Assembly (NCBI RefSeq): GCF_004010195.1
Contig: NC_057751.1
Coordinates: 18,197,325-18,261,324 of the forward strand
Source: Chiloscyllium plagiosum
Taxonomy: Eukaryota
Direction: 5' to 3'
DNA: 64,000 bases
Under the pieces are notes generated by a model. The model was not told the DNA's origin. It searched no databases and saw nothing but the letters and a program-made list of their open reading frames with translations. Positions 37,356 through 48,139 of this stretch are shown here, one piece after another; the first letter of the stretch is position 1; each line of letters opens with the position of its first letter. The translations under genes were made by a program, and so were the position numbers.

Positions 37356-38618
37356 AATTGTGAGTCACCAAGTTTCTTCTTCCATTTCATTCAATTACTT
37401 TCTCACTCATTCCGACACTTCCTCTCTCAAATATTCTTCCAATTTATACAGATATTTAATGACACCCTTTCTGACACACACTCACTGATTTGCATGCTCT
37501 CCCTTCGATGAGAGAGTGGATCGGTTAGAGCAATATTTACTGTGTATCAGAAGGATTAGAGAAACGTATAGGAACTTACTGTTATCGACACTCCCAGTTG
37601 TACTGTCTGAAATGTACATTCAATTGTACACACTCTCGCTCATTCACACAGATAATCATTTTCACACAACGTCTCTCTCCTGCTGATGACAGTGTACAGA
37701 ATGAAAGCAGATGTATGGGGCAAAGATGCTGCTTTTGCTCCCAAATGCTATGATCTAAAGGGACCTGCAAATGAAACCAATGTGAAACGTGGATCCCCTT
37801 TCGTTGACCTCGCAAGTAGATATACTTTCAAAGTAACTGGGATACATGTTCAACCGAGTCTTCAATCGGGCATTGGAAGATTATTTAGATAGAAATAATG
37901 TACAAAGGTAGTGGGGCGGGGGAATAACGAAGCTTGACACTGGTTGATGATGATCTTTTAAAACATCAGCACAAATACAATGGGTGAATCGGCTCCTGTC
38001 GAATCTATCTGGCTGTCATCAAATGAATCTCACAAGATAACGTCTTCCCATGAATTTGTTAGGGCCATTGAATTTCAAAATGAAACAAAAATTATAAGAA
38101 ATCTACGTCACCACAATTATGGATGTACATTTCGAGATTTATTTTCGAAACGGAGAAAATTGAGTGCCAACTTACCAGATAAGCAACTGTATTTTAAGTA
38201 AGGTTCAACAGTGAACTTACCAACCGTGAAATCATAATAATTCATAAATAATTGCAATTAAAGAGATCCTTTAATAAATAGATTTAACAGTTGACAGTTG
38301 TCATCAATGAAATGCTGTTCCTTTGAAATAGGAGCTTCTGAGTTAGAGAAACATTCGACTGATTGATCTGAGGTCGTTAGAAACACAAGACGTACAGGGG
38401 AATTCGTCAATTATTTCACGATGACTTACATTGTCATATATGCTGCAGAGGTATTAAATAGTCGATTCAACTTGAAAACTTCCAACTATTGTACAAGCGC
38501 AGGGACGTTTCCAGACGGATTCATGGGATGGCAGGTTGAAATTTCGATGAGTGAGTGGATCGGTTAGAGCAATATTTACTGTATATTAGAAGGATTAGAG
38601 AAACGTATGAGAACTTAC

Positions 38619-39349
38619 TGTTACGAAATGTGGTAAACCTTTCGGCTAATTTAAACCAGACATACAGAAAAGCTCACCTCGCCTTGTAGTCTGCTTAAGT
38701 GTTTGGCATTAAAAAAAACTACCAAATCTCATCTTTAAGGAAAAAAAATAATAATTCAATCTTTAAATTTAAGAAAAAAGTGAACATTAATCAACAATTA
38801 TCTACGTGCAAGCCCCCTTTTTCTGATTGATTCATGTACATTGCAATCTCCAACAAGAGACTGATCCAATAAATATCCCAAGTTAATTTTTAAGACCATA
38901 ATCAAATTCCAAAATGAGCCAGCAATGTCTTCCTTTTGTATCTTCTGCTGTAGATTTTCCTGAGTCGCCTTTTCTTCAGTCTTCTGCTACACAGATTTCA
39001 TGTGAATAGGTACCTTTTAGAGAGTGGTTCTGCAGGTAGTCTGTGTTTGTTGGTGCTCTTGCTGCTCTGGCGAACTGCTCTATTTGTCTGATTTTAATGG
39101 CCCAAAACATCGGATTGTCTCATTGGTTTGGTGTCATCAAAACAGTAGAATTCGCAATCGATTGGATTTTGATATATTGGAGCATAATTTAAACTGATTG
39201 GCCAAATTCGAATTTGCTTTGTAACATAACAACTTAGCTCTAACTGTTTGTTTCAATGCCAAACATTACATTTTAAATGTTCCAACACAATCTCTGCTTG
39301 CCAGGTTTCACTCTCACTTAAAGGCACAGTACACAATGACAACTTCATA
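38619..39349 (-). mobile_element. Probable 3' LTR of the minus-strand Gmr1-type element
   Basis: On the minus strand it follows the purine tract AAGTGGGGAAGTGG (about 39363-39350) and ends ..TTTCGTAACA at 38619. It lies directly downstream of RNase H. Confidence 0.6.
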
Positions 39350-41096
39350 CCACTTCCCCACTTAGGAAAAAACTGAACCATCATGACCAAAAGATGGCTT
39401 CACTTTTGTTTTTCTATTCAGTAACCTCATTACCATGACATACATATGACTTTAATGTCAGTTCATATTATTTTCTCCCCCATTTAAACAACATTGAGTA
39501 GATATGAATTTCACCTATACTTCAACAGTTAAATTCACGATAACACATCTATTACATTTTTACGACCCGCAACATGTACGATTTGTAAATTAAAAGTCTG
39601 TAGCATAAGACTCCAACTAAATAGTCTCATGTTCTTGTCTTTAAACCGTTCCAAAAATGTAAGAGGTTTGTGATTCATGCACACACTGTCTCTGATACGT
39701 TAAAATGTTGTAAAGCCAGTACCAAACTCAACAGATCTTTTTCGATCGTACAGTATGTTCTGTGAGAGGTGTTGAGTTTATTTGAAAAGTTACCAAGTGG
39801 CAGTACAATTACATCATCATCTTCATGGAGCAGTATAGATTCACCTTCTATGTTACTCACATTGATGGCAACGTTTGAGGATTTCAAAATGTTTGATGTG
39901 GTTAAACTGGAACGATGGTTAATATTGCTTTTACATTGTCAAAAAACTTCTGGTTTTGTTCTATCCAGCTAAATGTTGTGTTCTTCTTCAGCAAATCTGT
40001 GAATGGTGCCACTACACTGCTGAAGTTTGGTGCAAATTTCCAATAGAGTCCAGTTAGTCCCAAAGATCAAAGCACCTCTTTCTTCGGGGTTGGTCGTGGA
40101 AGTCCCTCGATTGCCTTCAACTTTGCGTTCGGTAGGATCAACTTTCTATGATCCATATTATATCCCATGAACTTTCATGAATTCAGTTTTGTTTAAGTTT
40201 TTCCCTGGTTCGCTTCTCTTCATCGGTCAAAGAGTATTCCCAGCCGTATGGTGTGATCTTCTGAGGACTCACGAAAGATCACAAGATCGTCCAAATATAC
40301 TGCAGAGCTTTTTAATCTAGTCACAATTCTGTTCATCCATGAATCTTTGGAACGTGATGGGTGAGTTCTTCATTCCAAAGGACATTGTTTTGAATTGATA
40401 TTTCCTATTTGGGGTTACAAATGCAAAAATTTATTTCGTCTTCTGTGATATAAGTACCTGCCAAAAACCTGCCATGCATTAAGTCGAACTCGCTGCTGTA
40501 GCTGGTTTGTCCAAATTTCTCTATGCAGTCCTGTAATCTCGGCATTGGGTATGAGCCAGATTTTTTTTTGTGTGGGTTTGTCCTTCTAATATTTCATGCA
40601 AAATCGTTGAGTGCTATCATGTTTTGGCAGTAAGACGACTGGCGAACTCCTCTCACTCTGACTCGGTTCGGTAATATCTTAATTGAGCATGGCCTCCACG
40701 TCGTTCTGGAACTGCCTAGCATTGAATGAAATAAGATGAGAAGGGTGTTGTTTTATCAGAACAACACTCTACGTCTACCTCATGCAAAGTAGCATTACTC
40801 CTCCCGTCTTATTTTTGTTTATGTCCTCATGCTGCTGTAAAAAACCTTTCAATTGCGCTCCTCAGACAGATAGTTTACTAATCTATCCCACTCCTCAAGG
40901 ACATCCTCATTGTTTAACCAAGAATTTGGTTTTGAAGGGTATCAAATTCCACAACATCTGAATTTGATTCCTCACTCTGTGGCACTGTAACTAACTCCTG
41001 TTTCTCTAGTTCCTGCTCCCTGTTATAGTAAGGTTTCAAAATATTCACACGACATGTCAAATACAGATTATTTCCTATCTGGCATCTTTACCAGAT
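39350..41096 (-). mobile_element. Gypsy (Gmr1-type) pol remnant: integrase C-terminus, then RT, then RNase H
   Basis: Minus-strand order: YLVKMPDRK..VNILKPYY (integrase C-terminal module, about 41090-41020); IKQHP..EPSQSERSSPVVLLPK; AVYLDDLVIF (YLDD at 40297-40286); NVAINVS..YCTIEKDLLSLVLALQHF (RNase H). Confidence 0.9.
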
Positions 41097-41261
41097 AAAA
41101 GCAAATTACTGCAGATGCTGGAAACTGAAACCAAAAAGAGAAATGCTGGAAAATCACAGCAGGTCTGGCAGCATCTGTACGGAGAGAAAAGAACTGAAGT
41201 TTCGAGTCTAGCTGACAATTGTCAAAGCTAAAAAAAAAGGGAGAAATGGGGAGTTATTTAT
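41097..41261 (-). mobile_element. Penelope-like family B, 3' terminus (host of the family A insertion)
   Basis: The reverse complement has the hammerhead-like AGCT-TTGACAA..GACTC-GAAAC-TTC-AGTT followed by the CAGATGCTGCCAGACCTGCTG..TCCAGCA tail. The element resumes at 43478. Confidence 0.7.
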
Positions 41262-43477
41262 GGGATGTAGGTTTGCTTGTTGAGCTGTAGGTTTGATATC
41301 CTGACGTTTCATTACCTGGCTAGGAAACATCATCAGTAGCGATCTCCAAGTGAAGCGAAGCTGTTGTCTCCTGCTTTCTATTTCTACGTTTGTCCGAGAT
41401 GGGGTTCCTGGAGTTTGTGGTGATGTCATTTCCTGTTTGTTTTCTGAGGGGTTGACAGATGGTATCTATATCTGTCTGTTTGTTTATGGCGTTGTGTCTG
41501 GAGTGCCAGGCATCTAGAAATTCTCTGGCATGTCTTTGCTTAGTCTGTATCCGGATAGATGTGTTGTCCCAGTCGAATTGGTGGGGTTTTTTTATCCGTG
41601 TGTCGGGCTACGAGGGAGAGAGGGTCATGTCTTTTTGTGGCTAGCTGCTGTTTGTGCATCCTGGTGGCTAACGTTCTTCCTGTTTGTCCTTCGTAGTGTT
41701 TGCGGCAGTCCTTGCATGGAATTTTGTAGATGACGCTGGTCTTGTCCATGGGTTGTACTGGGTCTTTTAAGTTTGTTAGTTTTTGTTTGGAAGTGTTGGG
41801 GTTGTGTGCTACTAGGATTCTGAGGGGTCTTAGTAGTCTGGCTGTCATTTCTGACACTTCTTTGATGTATGGTTAGGTGGTTAGGGTTTCTGGCTGTGTT
41901 TGGTCTGCTTGTCGTGGTTTGTTCTTGAGGAATCTGCGGGCTGTATTTTTTGAGTATCCGTTCTTCTTGAATAAATTGTCTAGGTGGTTCTCCTCTGTTT
42001 TCCGAAGTTCGTATGTGCTGCAGTGTGTGGTGGCTCGTTGGAATTGTTCTGATACAGCTTCGTTTGTGTGTGTTGGGATGGTTGCTGGTGCAGTTAAGTG
42101 TTTGGTCAGGGTTTGTCGGTTTTCTGTATACGCAGGTTTGTAGTTCTCCATTGTCCTTTCTTTCGACTATGACGTCCAGGAATGCGAGTTCGTTGTCGGT
42201 TTCTTCCTCCTTGGTGAACTTTATGCCTGTGAGGGTGTTGTTGATGATGTTAAATGTCTCTTCTATCTTGTTTCGTTTTGTGATGACATCTACGTAGCGG
42301 ACCCAGATGTTTGGTTTGATGGTTGGCAGGGCTGTTTGTTGTAGTCTTTGCATTATCGCTTCTGAAATGAATCCTGATAGCGGCAATCCCATGGGTGTGC
42401 CATTGGTTTGTTTGTAGATTGTGTTGTTAAAGGTGAAGTGGGTGGTGAGGCACAGGTCCACTAGCTTCATAATGTTTTCGTTGGTAATGTGATTGATGGC
42501 GGTTGGGGTGTGTGTGATGGTCTCTTCTAATATTGTGGTAAGTGTTTCCTTTGCCAATCGATGTTGATGGAGGTGAACAGTGCTGTTATGTCGAATGAGA
42601 TCATTGTTTTGTCTTCCTCTATTTTGGTGTTTTTGATGATTTTTATGATTCCTGGGTGGAGTGGATGGAGTGCTGTGACTCTTCTACGAGGTATTTCTGT
42701 CTTGCGTGTAGTTCTTTGACCAGTCTGTAAGTTGGTGTTCCGGGTAGTGAGATTATGAGTCTGAGGGGGGCTCCTGGTTTATGGATTTTTGGTAGTCCGT
42801 AGAATCGTGGGGTGTTGGTCCCATCTGGTTGCATTTTCTGGAATTCTGTCTCGGTTAATTGTCCGAAATTGTTTAATTTTGTTCGGAGATATGTAAATGT
42901 GTTTCCTAGTTGGATCGGGTAAGCGCCACCTGTTGATAGGTGTTGGTGTCTGCGAGTAGTGCATTGGCTTTCCTTATGTGGTCCCTTCTGTTCAGGATGA
43001 CTGTGAGCCGACCCTTGTCTGCAGGTAATATAACGATGTTTTTGTCGTTTTTGAGGTTTTCTTGTTTGTTCAGATTGTTTCCTACCCGCTTTCGGCTCAG
43101 AGTAGGTGCAAATGTCGGTCTGATCGTTTGCTGTGTTTCTTCCATGAGTTTGTTGTCCTTCAATGTGTTTTCTAATGCCGCTAGGAAATCCTTCTTGTCA
43201 GCGTCTCGGTAATTGAAATTTAGTCCTTTTACTAGTACCGCTTTTTCTGTGTCTGATAGGGTTCGGTCTGATAAGTTCTTTATCCATGTTAACCATTTTG
43301 TCTTTGTTTGTGAGTTTGTCAAGTTTTTTCTTCAGGTCCCCATTTTTCTTTATCTGTTTTTGTCGTTGTTTGGTGTTTATGGCTCGTTCTACCGCATTTG
43401 TCCATTCTTGCTTTATTGCTTGTCTGAATAATGGTTTTTGGCACGCAATTTCCCCATTGTATTTTCGGAGTCTGTGG
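41262..43477 (-). mobile_element. Penelope-like element family A (RT + GIY-YIG), nearly complete ORF, frameshifted
   Basis: WIKNLSDRTLS..VLVKGLNF, ILPADKGRLTVILNR, PRFYGLPKIHKPG, YKQTNGTPMG, WVRYVDV, LAFLDV and VYRKPT; GIY-YIG VIYKIPCKDCRKHYEGQTGR. Flanked by TATTTAT at 41255-41261 and 43478-43484. Confidence 0.95.
41303..41336 (-). ncRNA. Hammerhead ribozyme core at the Penelope family A 3' end (stem I decayed)
   Basis: The minus strand reads CTGATGA-T-GTTTCCT-AGCC-AGGTAAT-GAAAC-GTC. Confidence 0.6.
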
Positions 43478-44157
43478 TATTTATACTAGGCTGAGAGAAG
43501 GTGAGTCGTGACTCCAGAAGCAAAGGTAGCAATAAAGAGGTGATAATGACAGTGCATAGAGAGATTATAGGGAGATTAGGAGCTGTGAATGACCAAGGCT
43601 GAAGCCAGTGCTATGTGACAAAATATGTAGGGGATGCGTGAAGCAGAGGCAAAATGGAAAACAGGGGAGAAAGGTAGCAAAGGGGGAAGAGGAGAGGAAA
43701 AATGTGATGAAACAGTGGGGAGCGAGAGAAAGAGAGACAATCAAGAAATAAGAGGTACAGAACAGTGACAAAATATAAAAAGATAAATGAAATAAATAAG
43801 ATAAAATAACTGAGCAGAATGAAAACAGAGCGGTCGAGATGGGATAACCATCTGAAGTTGTTGAATTCAGTGTTGAGACCGGGAGGCTGTAACATGCCTA
43901 GTCGGAAGATGAGATGCTGCTATTTCTGTTTGCATAGAGCCTCACTGGAATAATGCAGCAGGCCAAGGACTGATATGTCCCAGACATTCTTTCTATTTGG
44001 GCTATTGCATTCGTTGCTCCCATTGTCTCCTCGATATCGGAGAGACAAAACGCTGACTGGGTGATCGTTTTGCTGAGCACCTTTGGTCTGTACGCAATGA
44101 GGTCCCGGACCTGTCCATGGCTTGCCACTTCAACGCACAATCCTGCTCCCACGTCTG
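43478..44157 (-). mobile_element. Penelope-like family B GIY-YIG/3' region with an inverted 5' segment
   Basis: The minus strand 43975-43850 encodes SVLGLLH..QHLIFRLGMLQPPGLNTEFNNFR. The plus strand 43980-44157 encodes the preceding GIY-YIG part GYCIRCSHCLLDIGETKR*LGDRFAEHLWSV..ACHFN..CSH. Confidence 0.82.
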
Positions 44158-44159
44158 TC

Positions 44160-44232
44160 ACCCAAGGCTGAAATCGAACCTGGGACGCTGGTGCTGTGAG
44201 GCAGCAGTGCTAACCACTGAGTCGCCGTGTCA
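44160..44232 (-). mobile_element. HE1-type SINE head fragment
   Basis: The reverse complement reads CACGGCGACTCAGTGGTTAGCACTGCTGCCTCACAGCACCAGCGTCCCAGGTTCGATTTC (A and B boxes). Confidence 0.8.
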
Positions 44233-44314
44233 CCTCTAAGAATGCTTCCTAATATCTTAGAGGTTGACTACTGCTTCTTCATTTCGCTGAAAGCTGTGGT
44301 TTAGCTAGCCGGCC

Positions 44315-44595
44315 ATCTCTCTGTCTGTCTCTCTCTCTCTCACTGGTCCTCTCTTTCATTCTGTCTATGCCTTAGTCTCTGTCTCTATCTCTTTCTTTCT
44401 TTCTCTCTATCTATGTTTCCCTCTCTCTGACTCTCTCTCCCTCTCTCTGCATCTCTATTTTCTACTTGTCTATTTCATTTCTTCAGTCTCCCTCTTTCGA
44501 TGTCGTTCTCCCTCTCTCTCACTTGGTCTCCTCTCCCTTTCTTTCTCTCTTTGAGTTTCTCTCTTTCTTTCCTTTTCCAACTCCATCTCTCTATC
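44315..44595. repeat. CT-rich low-complexity tract
   Basis: Degenerate (CT)n/(CTTT)n sequence. Confidence 0.85.
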
Positions 44596-45224
44596 TGCGG
44601 GCATGGGGCTCCTTCTGTCGCCCTGTATCTGAATGATTTCTCTCTAAGCGGCACCTCTGTAGAATTTCTCAGTTGTACAGTACTTTTTCGTTGGGGTTTG
44701 AGCTGCTTGGTGTAATTATCATTTACAGAATTTCAGCATTGATTCTCACCATGTTGTGTGTTTCCCGCTCCGTGCCCCTGCTGGAGGGTGCCACTGTTCA
44801 GCTGGGTTAATTATGACGCACGTCCACTGGGACACGAATTTAATAGAGTCTGGCTGCCAACCTGCTGGGGTCCGGCTATGATTGTGTTGTTGGGCCTTGA
44901 CGTGGCCCTGAACAAGACAGTCTTGCCATTGAGTACATGGAGGAGGGGAGAGAAAATGCATGATATGGCTTGGGATTGGGAGAGGAGCAATGGTGGTAAG
45001 AGGAGTGGAAGAAGACTTGGGAGGTTTGCAGCCATCGGGGAGGTGTGGAAGGGAAGCATTTGGTGCGGTAGAGAGCAGATATGGGGTAGTGCAAAAGGGA
45101 GAGGTGAGATGTGGCAGTGAAGAATGGTGAGGAAACGTGTCGAGGCAAAATTTGGGAAAGGGAGCGGGAAGATTAAAGACAGGGTGTTGGAGAAAACATT
45201 ATCCATGTGTCCGTGAAGAAATTG

Positions 45225-45575
45225 CAGGTCAAGAAGATGGTGCTGAGTCCGAGGGTTGGGACTGAGATAAGGTGGGGGAGGGGAAATGAAGAAGATGGAG
45301 AAATCTGCATTCATCCCTTGTGGTTGGAGGGTTCCTAGGCGGCCTTCTTCCCGACCTCTCTGCCCCACACCCTCTCCGTCCTATCACCCTCATCTTAACC
45401 TCCTTCCACCTATCGCATTCTCAACGCCCCTCCCCCAAGTCCTTCCTCCCTACCTTTTATCTTAGCCTGCTTGGCACACCCACCTCATTCCTGAAGAAGG
45501 CCCGAAAAGTCGATTCTCCTGCTCCTTGGATGCTGCCTGACCTGCTGCGCTTTTCCAACAACACATTATTCAGCT
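45225..45575. mobile_element. Two Penelope-like 3' fragments in opposite orientation, with a decayed hammerhead at 45487-45515
   Basis: The minus part encodes RLGTLQPQGMNADFS (GIY-YIG C-terminus). The plus part ends ATTC-CTGAAGA-AGGCCC-GAAAA-GTC-GATT followed by the same tail as 30429-30527. Confidence 0.75.
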
Positions 45576-45584
45576 AAATTTCCC

Positions 45585-46540
45585 TCTATCCCATTCCTCC
45601 TGACCTTCTGAACGAGTCTACCATGGGGAACCTCATCAAATGCCTTGCTGAATCCATATACACCATATCCACCGCTCGACTCTCATCAACTTGTCTCGTA
45701 ACATCCTCAAAGAACTCAATAAGGTTTGTGAGGCATGACCTGTCCCTCACAAAGCCATGCTGACTGCATTTAATCAATCTATGCTCTTGCAGATGGACAT
45801 AAATCTTATCCCTCAGAATCCTTTCTAACACTTTGCAGACAACAGATGTGAGACTGACTGGTCCGTAATTGACGGGGATTTCCCTATTTCCTTTCTTGAA
45901 GAGGGGACTTACATTTGCCTCCCTCCAGTCCTCAGGTACGACTCTGGTGGAGAGCGAGGATGCAAATATCTTCGCAAGCGGCGAAGCAATTACATTTCTC
46001 AATTCCCAAAGCAGCCGATGACAAATCTGGTCGGGCCCTGGCGACTTGTCAATCTTAATGTTTATCAACATTTTCAACACATCAGCTTCCTCAATCTCTA
46101 TCCTTTCCTGTATGCACACCTGCTCTCAATGGTTTCATTCACTACAAGGTCCTTTTCTTTAGCAAAGACAGAAGCAAAAAACTCATTTAGGGCTTCCCCT
46201 ACCTCCTCAGACTCTATACGCAAGTTCCCTATGCTATCCCTGATCGGCCCGACTCTTTCTTTGATCATTCTCTTATTCCTCACATACGTGTAAAATGCCT
46301 TTGGAATTTCCCTAATCCTTCTTGCCAAGCCTTTCTCGTGCTCCCTCCTGGCTCTCCTCAGACCATTTTTGAGCTCCTTCCTGGCCTGTCTATAATCCTC
46401 TAGAGCTGAGCAGGACCCTTGCTTCCTCCACCTTACGTAAGCTGCCTTCTTTCTTTAGACGAGAAGCTCCTCGGCTGTCGTTATCCAGGGTTTGTTTATC
46501 TTGCCCCTTCTTGCCTGTCTCAGAGGAACACATTTGTAAC
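45585..46540 (-). mobile_element. CR1 internal fragment, same subfamily as 12451-14965
   Basis: KAFYTYVRNKRMIKERVGP, KIDKSPGPDQIC and QHGFVRDRSCLTNLIEFFE; near-identical peptide to the 13488-14228 ORF. Confidence 0.93.
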
Positions 46541-48139
46541 GGGTTTTTTCCTGATCTGTATTTCCCACTCATGACAATCTTGCAAACTCACTTTTTTTTC
46601 CATTTGTTATCCCCTTATATCTATACACTTGAAATTTAAAAGAGGTATATTTCACTTCACAGAGAATTAGATTGTTTTATTAATATCTGAATTAACGTTA
46701 ATATATTTATGTATGCTATTATGTTTACAGAAAACCACGCACCATGTGGAAATGTTGCATATTTGTTTAAACATAGTGATGTTTAAACACTAGTTATCCT
46801 CGTGTTTTTCGATGCAACATGGGATTTCGCACAACAGCTATGGCAGCAATGCTTCGCCTCCCCATAGTCGAGCATTTCAAAGCTAAGGCAAGAACTGCAA
46901 AATAACACAGAGATTTTAAAGTTCTGAATTGGCACCCATGCTTCATCAGGCCCCAAATGCCCCCCGTTACCAATTTCCTGGAATTGAATGCAACCTTCGA
47001 AAGTATGTCGAATGCACCTTCAGATAAGTTGAGCAATTGGACGTGGATTACCAAATAACAGGCTGACTATTTTAAGGCCATGAGTGGAAATACTTCAGCT
47101 AATTAAAGAAAACAGAAAGAACAACTTGCCGCTCCAAGAACTGCTGGATTCACCTGTTCCATCAATTTTTCGTTCTTGTAATCTGTTCCTTTTTACTCTT
47201 TTTTTTGTTTTGCATTTTGCAGAATCTTAGATGGGGGTTCAGTGAGAGTGGGAAAAAATGGCAGCAACGAGTCCCGTGTGGTATGTTCCAAGATTTGGCA
47301 GCAACAATATTGAGGAGCAAGTACAGAGTGCCAACAGGAGAAAATTGCCAGAGCCACTTGCACTAGCAGGAGCGTGTTGTGAAGTCTTGCAGTGGCATCG
47401 CCACTGATATTCGAAGCGTTGTGAACTGAGATAAAGTACGTTATTCAGCTAGAACATCTGTATCTGGATGTTTCTTTCTTCTGATATGGGAGAGGCCAGA
47501 ATACTCAAAACATATCAAGAAGGTTGCACAGACCCGACATTTTTTGATTGTTTTAAGCAGATGTGGTGTGGATATTTCAGAAGTGGTGCAGCTCTGCCAG
47601 GCACTCAGCTTTAAACAAAGCAATATTTAATTACACTTGATCAAACGAAACTAAATTCAGAATGACTAACTTTTAAAAAGACAACAGAGCCGATCCAAAT
47701 ACTGTTCCAAATACTTGAAGCATTCCATGAAAACCCCTTGATGAAAAAGAGCATAAAATCAAACACAGGTTCTCTCAGAAGAGATGTGTGAAAGAGAGGG
47801 TGGATCAGCATGGGGTTGTTTCCTTTACCAACAGCCCCCAAAAACCTTCTCCTGCAGCTCAAAACAACCAGACTGCTTGCTACAACCAAACCAAACAAGA
47901 CCAAACGAAATAACAGCTGAGCTGGGAGAACTGGTCTCTACCACCCCACCCCACCCATTTTCATTGTAGAAGTCTAATTTTTATTAACTCGAAAGCCACT
48001 TATCTGAGATGTTCTCTGTTAGCTGTAGTCAACTCGGACCTAAAATCTAACCGAACTAGGTGCATCAGAAGTTGATGGTTATTCAGTCACTTATGATGTT
48101 ACAGCATATTGGATTTGAAAATTAATTGGTCAATCATGA

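Noticed and set aside
47640..48100. Possible solo LTR fragment
   Set aside because: The composition is suggestive, but no TG..CA termini, TSD or partner LTR could be defined.
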